A DNA stretch of 58,535 nt, counting the filler, from Squatina squatina (taxonomy: Eukaryota): the NCBI GenBank assembly GCA_031763465.1. It is 4 parts of 4 records of this genome, joined end to end, with 100 filler letters (N's around TTAATTAATTAA, not from the genome) between each part and the next. Parts side by side here need not be neighbours in the genome. Positions count along the whole stretch, not along the records: positions 1 to 13,409 come from JARFOE010000219.1; 3 more parts are not named here. One strand, given 5' to 3'. The position numbers were made by a program, and so were the translations under genes. The notes under the pieces were generated by a model. The model had not been told where the DNA came from. It did no database searches and saw only the letters and a list, made by a program, of their open reading frames with translations. Each line of letters starts with the position of its first letter. The first letter of the stretch is position 1. Below, piece by piece: positions 1-12,585 of the stretch.

Positions 1-305
1 CCCCATATTATACTCCGTCTAACACCTTAGTGTCCAATCACTTAACCTCTTACAGCCTTTCTGCGACTTTCTCACAGCTTACTTTCCCATGGTGGGAATT
101 GACTGCCCTCTCCGGATTATTAGTCAAGGTGTTCGGTAAGTTCAGTAAGTCATTCACTACTGTCCAGGCCAGGCCTCTGAATTACCAGTCCACTACTGTA
201 CCCATGTCTAAAAGGGGAAAATGTCCAGTTAAATCCACTGAAAATTTATCAGCCTAAAACGTGGAATATAGTAAAGAATGGGAAATCCAAGATTCAGATA
301 CTTAC

Positions 306-391
306 TTTGTGCAACATAATAGCTACAAATACAATCAACTGTACACTTGTCTGTGATGTGGAAGCTGCTGCACCCAATGCAATGCCATCCG
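306..391 (-). CDS. SLC39A9: Zinc transporter ZIP9, internal coding exon (86 bp)
   Basis: Acceptor ttcctttcccttacAG and donor GTAAGG. Translates (A)[28 protein letters not shown], near-identical to the ZIP9 TM4-TM5 region. Not in the ORF track. Confidence 0.96.
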
Positions 392-929
392 CTGTAAGGG
401 AAAGGAATAGGTGAAGCTAGGTAGTGCAGGGCGATACAGAAATAAAAGATGCTGCTTCAAATCCACTGACTCCCAGCCACGGGCATGCTGAAAATGGTCA
501 CTGTTGCTTACAACTTGCTTGATAAAATAGACTCCACGATTAGAAAGCTAAACTGTTTTTGATAGATCACAAATGTTGAGAGGGGCTGTGTGGTAAACTA
601 GTTTACTACATAAGGCAGTGCATAGACTAGTTCAGAGCTCTGACATTAGGCCAACAGTCAGGAAGGGGAAACAATGGGTTGAAATACCACCAGCAGGTGC
701 AATGTGCATTGAGTTACATTGGTTGTCCTCTCCACAATCCCACCAAGTATGACTTAAAGGCAAACAGGACCTGTAGTAGAACATTTCTTTTTTAAATCAC
801 GTCCTACAGGCAGAGAAAAGTTGTGGATTTGATCCAGCCAGCGGCTCAATCTGCAATTATATGTTCCACTGCTCTCATAGTCAGAGACAAACTAGAAAAG
901 CCAAGAGAAAAGGAGCAGGACTTAAATGA

Positions 930-956
930 AGAGAGAGAGAGAGAGAGAGAGAGAGA
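930..956. repeat. (GA)n microsatellite
   Basis: About 13 GA units seen directly, close to the contig end. Confidence 0.95.
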
Positions 957-1371
957 ATGGTTCAAAGACAGTNNNNNNNNNNNNNNNNNNNNNNNNNNNN
1001 NNNNNNNNNNNNNNNNNNNNNNNNNNNNNNNNNNNNNNNNNNNNNNNNNNNNNNNNNNNNNNNNNNNNNNNNAACTTGGTCTCAACTCCTGTGTGATGTC
1101 CTGGGAGATTAACTCGTGGTCAAATAATAATTCAGAAAGTTTCAACTGTTTGATGGTCCTAATTCAGCTCCACTAGATCGGATGACCTTTTTAAGCCTGA
1201 TAAATTAGCCATCTTCTCCCTGGCATGCAATGGGTCAGTCACGAGAGTACAGTCGCTACTCAAGAACTGTATTGGCCTAATGATTATACGGCATCCAGTT
1301 ACTTTCACTCTGTGCCCTGCCATGCTTTAAAACAGGACCAAACACCACCTGGCTCTGGATCTAAACCTTAC

Positions 1372-1480
1372 CATGCAGAGCATCCTCGTAGAGTGCATGA
1401 ACCCCTTCAGGAACGATAACTGCTAGAGCAGTGCCGCACAGAAGCCCAGCACCAAGAACCGTCACCAACTTCAACCTTTC
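1372..1480 (-). CDS. SLC39A9: Zinc transporter ZIP9, second coding exon (109 bp)
   Basis: Acceptor ttttctctccAG and donor GTAAGG. Translates [36 protein letters not shown](G), matching ZIP9 [33 protein letters not shown]. Confidence 0.97.
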
Positions 1481-2962
1481 CTGGAGAGAAAACAAAAAAG
1501 TCTTTTTTTTTTTGCATCCTGACATCAAAAATATAAGAATGGAACCTCCAATGCAGAAGGAAGCCATTGCGCCTGTGTTGGCTCCTACTGGAATTATTTC
1601 CTTATACCTTTTAATATTTATCTAATTCTCTCTTAAATACCATGATTGACTCAGCTTTCAAAGCTATTTACTTTAAAGCGCTCTATATCCTAATAACCCT
1701 TTGTAAAAAAAAAAAGATTCTGCCAATCTCCCCTTTATGTTCCTTGCACTAAACTGGAGTTGATGCTCCCTTGTTCAAGTCACCAACTCGGTGACCAGTG
1801 GAAATAATAAAATGGAGTCATACTGTACATTCCAGAAAGAGGTCACTGTAAATGTGAATGAACTCAAATCAGTCAATCAATCCAAGCAGCATTTAATAGT
1901 TTTACACATTATTTCTACAACCTATACTCTTTAGCAGCCTGAATTACAATACAATTCCCAGCATTGCATGGACGCCATTCAGAAGAAATTAGCAGTGTGT
2001 CTACCGTGTTCCTACATTACAACAGTGACTACACTTCAAAGGTACTTAACCGGCTGTAAAAAGCTTTGGAATGTCCTATGGTTGCGCAATGTGCTATATA
2101 AATCCATGTTCTTTCTTTTAGATGATTATTCTATATTTCAGAGTAAAGGCTGAAAGATATTTGAACTACCATTAGGTTTTCACACCGGGATCTTAGGGGA
2201 GATCCCGGTGTCCCCAAGGTCATCAAGATTTCTATTCATCAAATTAAATGTTAAATTACTAACAGGTTATTTCTGTTACTGTCCACTAACATTTCCTTCA
2301 ATGACAGCAGTACTTTACTTTGAATCATTGATGGCATCTTTCAGAAGTTAAGGAAGGGGTCCGAAAGAGCACGTCAATATTTGCAGGATGTCCCCAACAG
2401 AAAAGTGTGAAACCATTTGTGTTTAACCCTATACACACCACACTATTGCCCAGTTTATAATAAGTCAGCCACTCGTGATTCAATTGGAATCTATTGAAGG
2501 GTACTGAGATGTGGAAAGTTCTGTAAGTACACCAAGAAACCAGAAAGAAAATACCTGCCAATTCTTTCGATACAAATCTTCCCCTACAATTCACCATCTC
2601 ACATTCCCCATTTCTCCTCANNNNNNNNNNNNNNNNNNNNNNNNNNNNNNNNNNNNNNNNNNNNNNNNNNNNNNNNNNNNNNNNNNNNNNNNNNNNNNNN
2701 NNNNNNNNNNNNNNNNNNNNCTTCCCCATAGTCCTGCAAATGTCTCCTTTTCAAGTATATATCCAATTTCCTAGTGAAAGTTACTATTGAATCTTCTACC
2801 ACCAACCTTCCAGGCAATGCATTCAGCTCATCATAACTTTTCAGTTACTCTGCAATTTTTAAGCTGCTTTTGCTTCTGAGGGGGCAGGAGAGAAGAGAGA
2901 GAATGTGGAGTAAAGGAGGGAGAAACTAACATATCTAACGTGATCCCTTTCTCTCTTCTCAG

Positions 2963-3050
2963 TCACACACAATTTTGCTAGTTCAGCCCACCAAAAGGCC
3001 AGAAGGGAGAACGTACGCTGACTATGAGTCTGTAAATGAATGTATGGAAG
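2963..3050 (+). CDS. ERH: Enhancer of rudimentary homolog, exon 2 (88 bp)
   Basis: Acceptor ctttctctcttctcAG and donor GTGAGT. Translates [29 protein letters not shown](G), identical to vertebrate ERH. Confidence 0.98.
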
Positions 3051-3130
3051 GTGAGTCCCACTCCCTTGTTTTGTGTACATGCTTACAAGAACTTGTAATC
3101 TAATAGTGCCTTTCAGGACAATCCAAAGCA

Positions 3131-3260
3131 CTTGCAGCTCCCTCAGTACTGCACTGTAGTGTTAGCGTGGATCCTATGTTCAAGTGCCTGGAGTAAGACT
3201 TGAATCCATGGCCTTCTGAGGCGAGAGTGCTACCCATTGAGCCACAACTGAGACTGAAGG
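3131..3260 (-). mobile_element. tRNA-derived SINE fragment
   Basis: Minus strand reads gtggctcaatgggtagcactctcgcctcag...ggattcaagtc (Pol III A/B-box-like), followed by gcagtactgagggagctgc body sequence. Confidence 0.6.
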
Positions 3261-3880
3261 AGAGGCTGGTACTTCCAATTTGTGTTTCTGATTTAGTGGG
3301 CGCCCCTTTCCCACATCCACCTCCGCAGTTAAATATGCCCTCTTAGTTGGACGCAATAAATCCTGCGGCACTATTCGAAGAAGAGCAGAGAAGTCCTGGC
3401 CAGTATTTATCTCGGGGGCACCTTGATCTCAATAGTATTTTTAAAATGTTGTATAAGAAAGTTAATTTTGCATAGAAAAATTGGACATTACAAACTATTT
3501 AAAAGTAGCTTACCGTGCTTGCTTGCTTGCAGTATAATTAATGCTTCGCTGTCTCATCTAACTTTTCTCCTTAGTCAGATAATGACCTGGCAGATAGCAA
3601 TACTTTTAATGCTCTGAATTTGAATGGTGTCAGTTTATACCAATCATCCCCATTGATTTGCCAGTCACTTAATCACTAAACTAATTTCATAACTTGCACT
3701 TCTATCTGCTAAACTGGCCAACCATCTTCTGCCGAGTCAGCTGGTCAGGATTGAGAGCAGTGGGGTTGTATAATTCCCTTGCATTTCACACCAACACTGC
3801 ATCTGTTGCGCATTCAGATGAATTGTGCAAAGTCTGAAATGCATGGTGATCAATGAGCTGTCTATCAATGGTGATGAGTA

Positions 3881-4298
3881 GATTAGGGCTCATTACACAA
3901 GATTAGGGCTCCTGGGGTTGGGGGTAATATATTAGCATGGATTGAGCATCAGTTAACGGACAGAAAACAGTAGGAATCAACTGGCCATTTTCAGGTTGGC
4001 AGGCTGTAACCAGTGAAGTGCTGCAAGGATCAGTGCTGGGGCCTCAGCTATTTACAATCTGTATCAATGATTTGGTTGAGGGGACTGAGTGTAATATATA
4101 CAAGTTTGCTGACAATACAAAGCTAGGTGGGGCAGTATGCTGTGAGGAGGATGCAAAGAGACAGCAAGGGGATATAGACCGGCTAAGTGATTGGGCAAGA
4201 TGGAGTATCATGTGGGGAAATGTGAAATTATCTACTCTGGTAGGAAGAATGGAAAAGCAGAATATTTTTTAAAAGGTGAGACTGGTAAATGTTGGTAT
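3881..4298 (+). mobile_element. CR1-type LINE reverse transcriptase fragment (degenerate)
   Basis: LQGSVLGPQLFTICINDLVEGTECNIYKFADNTKLGG corresponds to the CR1 RT motifs QGSVLGP and FADD. A frameshift follows. Confidence 0.92.
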
Positions 4299-4865
4299 AG
4301 AAACATAGAAAATAGGANNNNNNNNNNNNNNNNNNNNNNNNNNNNNNNNNNNNNNNNNNNNNNNNNNNNNNNNNNNNNNNNNNNNNNNNNNNNNNNNNNN
4401 NNNNNNNNNNNNNNNNNTTTCAAACGCTTCTTAAAACCTACCTCTTTGACCAAGCTCTTTCTGCCCTAATTTTTTCTTATGTGACTTAGTATCAAATTTG
4501 GTTTTATAACTCTTCTGTGAAGCACCTTGGGATGTTTAACTATGTTAAAACTGCTATTATAAATACAAATTGTTTTTGTTGTTGAAACCATGTAAAATGA
4601 TTTGACTACAGTGCCAGTGAAGTGATTTAATTGAATTGGATATGCTGATTCTAAACACATTTATCTTGATCTTTTGGGATAACCTCTAACCTGAAGCCTT
4701 TTCTCTGCAGATGTTGACAGACTTGCTGTATATTGGCAGCATTTTCTGCTTTGGGACTGAGACACATTGCTGTGACAGTGGTTGAAGGAGCATTAATTTT
4801 TGAGATGGAAGCACTGCACATATAAAATTGTAACCGCTCTCCTTTCCACCCTGCTCCTTTATTAG

Positions 4866-4986
4866 GTGTCTGTAAGATGTATGAAGAGCATTTGAAGCGA
4901 ATGAATCCAAACAGTCCATCAATCACGTACGACATTAGCCAGCTTTTTGATTTCATTGATGATTTGGCTGATCTCAGTTGCCTTGT
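4866..4986 (+). CDS. ERH: Enhancer of rudimentary homolog, exon 3 (121 bp)
   Basis: Acceptor ctcctttattAG and donor GTGAGT. Phase joins exon 2. Translates (G)[39 protein letters not shown](V), identical to ERH. Confidence 0.98.
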
Positions 4987-6043
4987 GTGAGTATAATCCT
5001 CTTATTACGTGGCTCAAATTAACTGTTGAATAATGCTCTCAAAGGGATTGCAAAATGTGCTGTGTCTCTATGTGGAATAGCATTTCACTGATTTGTCTAG
5101 CCCTTGATTTATAAAAGTATACATGTTGCTCAGAATATCCAACAGTCTTCTGTATATAGCATCACTGTGGCACAAAAGGAGGCCATCCGGCCCATTGAGT
5201 CCATGCCGGCTCTCTCCAGAGCAATCCAGTCAGTCCCGCTCATTCCCTCAAATACCTATCTAATTCTCCCTCAAATTCTTCCTTGCTCTGTGTGATAAGC
5301 ACCAATCTTCCATCTTGGTGCCTGATCCTGATGGTATTCCTGAGATTTGGAACGTTCCATATACGGAACTACAGGAGAAGACCTGTATCCTACCATATGG
5401 CACATCCATTTGGCATTCAAACACACAGATTCTCGAAATTACCATTATTACCTTATTCAATCCATCAAGAATACTTCTAAAATGATGAGCAACCTTATGA
5501 AAATTGTCATAAAATCCTTTGTATGCAGAGTATGTGTACAGGCACACACAGTAAAAGCATGTAACGTTATCTCATACTTTAAACCGTTATCTGAACTCTT
5601 TGATTTGGGTTACGACATTGTGTATATTGCTTGTATATTTACAGCGAGAGTCTTGTGGTATATTCAATAATTTTCATTTTAAAATCAGTGATATTACTTG
5701 GTGGATATTTTCCACTTATCTGTGGTATACTATCTCAGAAGAAATTAGGAAGGGTGACCAAAAGCTAGATGAAAGAAGTGGTTTAAAAGGCAGGTCTTAA
5801 AGGAAGAGAGGGAGACTGAGAGCCATAAGTGTTGAGGGGCCTGGAAACTGAAGGCATGGCAACTCACGGTGGAGAAAGGAAGGGGAGGATGCACATGAGG
5901 CTGGAGTTATAGGAACAGACAGTTTGGGGGAAAGTAGTTGTGGNNNNNNNNNNNNNNNNNNNNNNNNNNNNNNNNNNNNNNNNNNNNNNNNNNNNNNNNN
6001 NNNNNNNNNNNNNNNNNNNNNNNNNNNNNNNNNNNNNNNNNNN

Positions 6044-6768
6044 CAGAGAAGATTTACAAGGATGATACCAGAAATGTGAGAGTATCATATCAGGAAGGGA
6101 TGAACAGGCTGGGATTCTTTTCTTTTGAAAAAAGGCTGAGGGGTATCCTAATAGAGTTTTTTAAAATTATGAAAGGTTTTGATAGAGTGGATGTTTCCAC
6201 TTGGGGAAGAGCATAACTAGAGGTCACCAGTATAAGTTTGTCACCAATAAATCCAATAGGGAATTCAGAAGAAATTTCTTTACCCAAAGAGTGGTGAGAA
6301 TGTGGAACTCGCTACCAGAGAGAGTGGTTGAAGCGAATAGTATAGATGCATTTAAGGGGAGGCTAGACGTTATGAGGGAGAAGGGAATAGAGGGTTATGC
6401 TGATAGATTTAGATGAGGAAAGATGGGAGCTGGCTCGAGTGGAGCATAAATGCTGGCATGGACTGGTTGGGCCAAATACCCTGTTTCTGTGCCGTATATC
6501 CGATATAATCTTATGTAATAGTAGGGGATTTCTCCCTAATACTGTAATATTAACTGGGTAGAATCAATGTGAAAGGTAGAGAGGGTGCAGAATTCTTAAA
6601 ATGCATTCAGGAGAACTTTTTTAGCCCATCCGTAGCAAGCCCAACAAGAGAGGGCGTGGTTTTGGGCTTCGTTTTAGGGAATGAAACTAGCAGGTGGAAG
6701 AGCAATCAGTGGGAAAGCATTTTGGTGGCAATTATCATAATTCAGTTAGATTTAGCATAGTTATGGAA
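6044..6768 (+). mobile_element. CR1 LINE fragments (ORF2 C-terminus/3' UTR followed by an endonuclease-region piece)
   Basis: LGFFSFEKRLRGILIEFFKIMKGFDRVD...TRGH..RRNFFTQRVVRMWNSLPERVVEA is the CR1 C-terminus. EFLKCIQENF...PTREG..L is from the CR1 EN region. Confidence 0.88.
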
Positions 6769-7706
6769 NNNNNNNNNNNNNNNNNNNNNNNNNNNNNNNN
6801 NNNNNNNNNNNNNNNNNNNNNNNNNNNNNNNNNNNNNNNNNNNNNNNNNNNNNNNNNNNNNNNNNNNNATTAAAGGGACCAATTCCGCGCTTTAACAGAG
6901 CAGCAGAAACGGCGCAAAAAACACATCTTTTCCCAGTTAAGTTACTAATGTGGCGCTGTCCAATTGGACCCCCATGGACTTTGGGATCCTGGCAGGCTGG
7001 GACTTATCTGCCCAGTTTTAGTTGGGTGGGTAATGCTAAAATCACCCCCCAACCACCCCGGCCTAATTTCTGCAGCACCTTGTGAGCTTCCAAAGCACTT
7101 ACCACCCCCACCTAAAATCCTGGGCCCATATTAAAATAGACCAAATAGGCCAACTATCATGCGAATTAAATCAGATGCATTTATTACACAACAGATTAAG
7201 AGGATTGCTTGAAAGGTCAAAGGTCAAATATTCTTGAGGATAATGATGTTAATAACTACAATTTCATCATTGTAATTAAGGGAATGGAGGTTCTCAAATC
7301 TGAATTAGTATGATAATGTAATTAACTGCCTCTCATTATCATTTCAGAGGAGGGGACGGACAACTACAAGAATTATGCTACTGCATTTAGGGTGAAGCAT
7401 AGTATGGCTTCTGTAGTGAAGGCATTCCGGACAACCCTGGAGCCTGTAGGAACATAAGAACAGGAGTGGGCCATTCAGCCGCTCGAGCCTGTTCCGCCAT
7501 TCAGTTAGATTATGGCTTAACTCCATGTATCTTAACTCCATCCACCTGCCTTGGTAACCCTTAGTATCCTTGCATAACAAAAATCTATCAAAATGCACCA
7601 TCCTCCTCCTCCTTATGTCCTCACTCCGTTACAATTGAGGCTTATCACAACCCGCTCCTGCTCTAACTCATGTGCCATCGAGGGAGCTGGACACTTGCCT
7701 GCTTAC

Positions 7707-7833
7707 CTTATATAAGTGAGAGCGTTGCCCTCGGGGAAGTCGTATGGGTGCCGCTTGCGGAAGACATGCCCCACACGGCTGCACGGGACAATCTCCAAAC
7801 TTCCTCCACACATCCAGACACGGAAAGACAGCT
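7707..7833 (-). CDS. GALNT16: Polypeptide N-acetylgalactosaminyltransferase 16, catalytic-domain exon (127 bp)
   Basis: Acceptor cgctttcAG and donor GTAAGC. Translates (E)[41 protein letters not shown](R). [11 protein letters not shown] and the tail-to-tail position next to ERH favour GALNT16 over GALNT2/14. Confidence 0.93.
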
Positions 7834-8801
7834 CTGAAAGCGAGTACAGGAATTGCTAGATGTAAAAAGATCATGATCCATCTCGTTTGCCTTCTACCAT
7901 CCTGGTAGTCAATATAGTGATAATGGAGTTGTTGACTAATCACAGCAATCAATCTCTATCAATTAGTCCACACCAGGCCCAGACATGACATGAGAAGTAC
8001 CCTAGTGGTGGGGAGCTTTGGGAACCATAGGTCCAAAGTCACCTTTTTCCTGTCAAGAAAGTTACACTTGCCACAATCATACATTGTACATCTACTTTCA
8101 ACAACAACTTGATGCCCTTCGACAGCAAAAATCTGGGCCAACATGAGATTCTACCTGGGGCTTTCTAGACAGTCCTATTTTCTTAAAATTACCTGGTTTC
8201 AGAATCAAATGCTAGGAAATACTTTTAGAATTTCTCGCAAAAATCTATTTTTTTGGGCAATTTCCACCCTTCAAAACCGCCTCTTACACGGATGTGCCGA
8301 CTGCTCCTGGGATATGGTTCCACAGGCACCAGGGGCTAGAAATCATCTCCTTTCGTGCCCCATTAGCGCCTCCGACGGGCGCTAATGGGGTGAAACAGGA
8401 CAAAATGGCGATGGAAGGCTGTCATCTCGTNNNNNNNNNNAAGGCCTTTGCGCCTGGTCAGCTGACTTCAGTGGCAGTTCGGCGCGTGACATCATAAAGA
8501 TGCGCACCGACCCGCACTGCACAGCCACTACCCTCTTTACGGCCCGTTTGCATCCTGTGGGCGGAATTCACCCACGAGATACGGCTGCAGCGCTGGCCAT
8601 TTGCAGTAAGAGGAAAACCTGTCGCTGTAACGGCCCTCTTAAAGGGGAGGGCCTGCGGCCACCAGCTGTNNNNNNNNNNNNNNNNNNNNNNNNNNNNNNN
8701 NNNNNNNNNNNNNNNNNNNNNNNNNNNNNNNNNNNNNNNNNNNNNNNNNNNNNNNNNNNNNNNNNNNNNCAGGCGTGTTGGTACTGGCGCGACCCACTTA
8801 C

Positions 8802-8900
8802 CTTTTCACCGTGCGGAGCAGTGTGGAGCGAGCCTCGTTGTGGAACGTGATGACGACACTGGTTGCTGGAAGGTCCTTGTTGTACTGGATTGAGGGGCAT
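8802..8900 (-). CDS. GALNT16: GALNT16 early coding exon (99 bp)
   Basis: Acceptor tgtgtttttcAG and donor GTAAGT. Translates [32 protein letters not shown](S), the GT2 domain start. Confidence 0.93.
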
Positions 8901-9647
8901 CTGAAAAACACAGAGTGAGGGCAGTTAGAAGGGAGAACTTGAGAGGTGAAACATAGGAACAGGAGCAGGTAATTCAATCAGATCATGGCTGATCTGTGCT
9001 GTTGGATAATCCTTATCCTTTTAATAACAGATTTGTGGAAGCTAGAGACGGATATATGTCTGAAAATTAACTACGTTGATTGCTCTTTCAAAACATTAAT
9101 CTTAATATAGAGCAGTATTTGCAGCCCTACACCTAGAACCTCAGGTGCAGAGAACTCCCTGGGAATCGTGAGCGATTCCCTGTCCAGACTTTTCACGATA
9201 GCTCCCCTTGAAGGTAACTAACGTTCGTAACTGATTTTTGCTTTGTATCTCTCATACCATTTTAAAAACAGGCATACATTGTTCAATTCGCGAATTCAAC
9301 TGTGTTGAGCAGTTTATGTCCCAAATAGATTACTGAACATACAACCATAGGGGCTTCAGTCTCATCAATATCCCGTTCCATTGTCTAAAGCTATCATCCT
9401 TTTCTAATGTTACCTCAGCAAGCTTTGCTTCCTATCTTCCTGAACAATGATTTCACCCAGGAATGTCACTGTGACCTAAAGCAAGCCCAGAGTTTAAACC
9501 AATTTTGCCTACATTAGCTATTCTGTCTTTGTTCCGTATTTTATAAAATACACAGTGTAAAAACATGTCTGTATTCTTACATGGTGTGTTGTAGCTTTCC
9601 TGCGAGTGGCCCTTAGCAGAAGGTTTCTTGAGTAGCACTGTAACAGT

Positions 9648-9771
9648 GGGCACGGTGGCACAGCGGTTATGTTACTCGACGAGTAATCCATAGGCTGGGA
9701 CTGATGATCTGGAGAAGTGAGTTCAAATCCCACCACGGCAGCTGGGGAATTTAAATTCAGTTAATTAAATA
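9648..9771 (+). mobile_element. tRNA-derived SINE head
   Basis: A-box-like TGGCACAGCGG and B-box-like GTTCAAATCCC at tRNA-like spacing, without a complete cloverleaf. Truncated by a gap. Confidence 0.75.
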
Positions 9772-9871
9772 NNNNNNNNNNNNNNNNNNNNNNNNNNNNN
9801 NNNNNNNNNNNNNNNNNNNNNNNNNNNNNNNNNNNNNNNNNNNNNNNNNNNNNNNNNNNNNNNNNNNNNNN

Positions 9872-10890
9872 TAATTTTGGATAAGCTCAAATATGGGAGG
9901 CCAGCCAGGGGAGCATTGGAATCGTCAAGTCTAGAGGTAACAAAGACATGGATGATGGTTTTAGTAGCAGATGGGCTGAGGCAAGAGCAGAGACGGGTGA
10001 TATTATTGAGGTGGAAGTAGGCAGTCTTGGTGAAGAAGAGGAATTGGGGTTGGAAGCTCTGCTCATGGTCAAATAGGACATCAAAGTTGTGAACAGTCTA
10101 GTTCAGCCTCAGACAGTAGTCAGGGAGAGGGATGGATTTGCTGGCTAGGGAATGGAGTTTGTGGCGGGGACCCAAGACAATGGCTTCTGTCTTCCTAATA
10201 TTTAATTCGAGGAAATTTCTACCCATCCAGTACTGGATATCAGGAATCAGCATGACAAAATATAGGAAGTGGAGAGGTCAAGAGAGGTGGTGGTGAGGTA
10301 GAGCAGGGCGTCGTCAGTGTACATGTGGAATCGGACTTGTTTTTGGATGTTGTTGACAAGGTACATTATGTAGATGAGAAATAGGAGACCACCAAGGATG
10401 GATCCTTGGCGGACTCTAAATGTAACAGTGTGGGAGCAGGAAAATAAGCCATTACAGCAGATTCTCTGGCTACGACTCGATAGATAGGAATGGAACCAGA
10501 TGAGGGCAGTCCCATCCAGCTGGATAACGGAGAAACATTGGAGTAGGATGGGGCGGTTAGTTGCATCTAAGGCTGCAGACAGGTCAAGAAGGATGAGGAG
10601 GGATAGTGCACTACAGTTACAGTCACATAGGATGTAATTTGTGATTTTGATCAGTGCAGAGGTGGAAACCTGATTGCAGAGGTGAAATCATGGACCTGTG
10701 GGGAAGATGGGCACAGATTTGAGAGGTAACAACACATTCAAGAACTTGAGGGGAAAGGGAGGTTAGAGACAGTGCAGTAGTTTGCAAGGACAGAAGGGTC
10801 ATGGGTTTGATTTTGTTTTTGGGCTGGGGGGGCGGGGCAGTGATGACAGCAGATTTGAAAGGATGGGAATAGTACCAGACGAGAGGGAAT
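9872..10890 (-). mobile_element. L2-type LINE reverse transcriptase fragment (degenerate)
   Basis: Minus strand gives RVRQGSILGGLLFLIY and FHMYTDDALLYL (the YADDTQLY motif of L2), with several stops and frameshifts. Confidence 0.88.
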
Positions 10891-11423
10891 CATGTACAAT
10901 AGAGCCACAATATTCTAACTATACGTGGGGGCAGTGGAAGTCAGGGGATACCCTTTAAGTGATTACAAAGCAAACCACATTCACTTCCATAGATGCCTAT
11001 CCTGTGACCTTACTGTGTGACCAGTGTCATTTGTCCACAAACACCATGCTGCCCTGTAAATAGTGCTTTCCTATTCGCTCCCCTCCAAAAAGTAAAGTTT
11101 TGTTCAGCCATGTTCAATTGACAAGTTCAATTTGCACTTGGAGTGGAGCTTGACGTTATGGGGGGTGGAATGCCTCTTCTATAAATGATTATACTCCCCC
11201 CGCCACCCACCTCGAATCAAAATGATCACAGATTAATTTGAAATGATACCGGGGTCCTGCTCACTCGTGCTTTTTAAGCAGCTTTCCTACTTCTAGATTA
11301 CTAGATTTCTTTTTTTTGTATATNNNNNNNNNNNNNNNNNNNNNNNNNNNNNNNNNNNNNNNNNNNNNNNNNNNNNNNNNNNNNNNNNNNNNNNNNNNNN
11401 NNNNNNNNNNNNNNNNNNNNNNN

Positions 11424-11945
11424 ACACACTCCTGGCTGGCCTCCCACATTCTACCCTGTGTAAACTAGTGGTGATACATAACTCTGCTGCCCGTGTCCTA
11501 ATTCGCACCAAGTCCCCCTCACCCATCACCCCTGTGCTCGCTGACTTCCCGGTTAAGCAATGCCGCAATTTCAAAATTCTCATCCTCGTTTTCACTCCTC
11601 CCTATCTCTAATCTCCATGAGCCCCACAACTCCCCGAGATGTCTGTGCTCCTCTAATTCTGCCCACTCGTACATCCCCAATTTTAATCGCTCAACCATTG
11701 GTGGCCGTGCCTTCTGTTGCCTGGGCCCTAAACCCTTCCTAAACCTCTCCGCCTCGCTACCTCTCTTTCCTCCTTTATGTCGCTCCTTAAAACCTCCCTC
11801 TTTGACCAAGCTTTTGGTCACCTGCCCGAATTTCTCCTTATGTGGCTCAGTGTCAAAATTTTTGTCTCGTAACACTCCTGTGAAACGGCTTGGGACATAT
11901 CACCACATTAAAAGGTGCTATATAAATACAAGCTGTTGTTGTTTC
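11424..11945 (+). mobile_element. L2-type LINE 3' end
   Basis: Contains tttcaaaattctcatcctcg...cttaaaacctccctctttgaccaagc...tatataaatacaagctgttgttg. The same tail recurs at about 4418-4585, 23270-23500 (inverted), 39807-40140 and 46880-46955 (inverted). Confidence 0.8.
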
Positions 11946-12452
11946 CTTGCTGTACATTCTTATGTAATTCTTTGCATTGATAATATAATTATAAAAATAA
12001 TCTTGGCCTTTTTTTTGAGCAAATGCACCAACTGAAACGGAGGCCGAAGGGTCAAAGGTCGATCAGACTTGGCCACAATACCCGTGGGCGATAAAGGAAA
12101 TAAAGAGATCTTGGTTGATAATCAACTCAGTTTCAGGCAGTTTTCATAGAATCATGCAACTTATAGGAGATGAGGCCATTTGGCCCATCGATCCTGTGTC
12201 AGTGCTGGCTCTTCAATTGGAGCCAGCTACCTTCCATTGGCTGGTAGCGGACATCGAGCGAGTGCAGGATTCAGTGTGGCCAGTGATGCAACGCGCAGTT
12301 GAACAGCCCATCTACGTTTGAAGAATGGCCACTTGGGTGAAGCGCGAGAGGGTGCCCTGCGCCAGCACAACTAAGCCCCTCCTTGGGGACACGAGGATCA
12401 CTAAACGCGTGGCACGAGCACCTCAGTCTTTGACCCGTAAACCTCCACTTAC

Positions 12453-12585
12453 TTCCCACACTTCTTGCAAGGGAAGATGTTTTCTTGACTTTGCTTGGAG
12501 TGTTTGGCCGAGGCGCCCGACTGCGCCCGCTCGCTCCTGGATGGCATGCGTGGTGCTGCCGCGGCCACTGCAGGCGGTCGGGGTC
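12453..12585 (-). CDS. MIDEAS: MIDEAS/ELMSAN1 penultimate exon, 3' part (5' part lost in gap)
   Basis: Open frame PRPPAVAAAAPRMPSRSERAQSGASAKHSKQSQENIFPCKKCG(K) ending at donor GTAAGT in phase 2. Matches MIDEAS QENTFPCKKCGR (split C2H2 finger) better than TRERF1 or ZNF541. Confidence 0.78.

Noticed and set aside
5260-5670. Overlapping ORFs downstream of ERH exon 3, considered as ERH exon 4
   Set aside because: No frame gives YRADTQTYQPYNKDWIKEKIY. Probably intron sequence, with the real exon in a gap.
9648-9771. tRNA gene
   Set aside because: It has A/B boxes but no acceptor stem or cloverleaf and continues into repeat body, so it is a SINE head.
11264-11323. Possible minus-strand exon end IYKKKKSSNLEVGKLLKKH with a GTGAGC donor
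   Set aside because: Short, cut by a gap, and not recognised as any expected neighbour (GALNT16, MIDEAS, EXD2).
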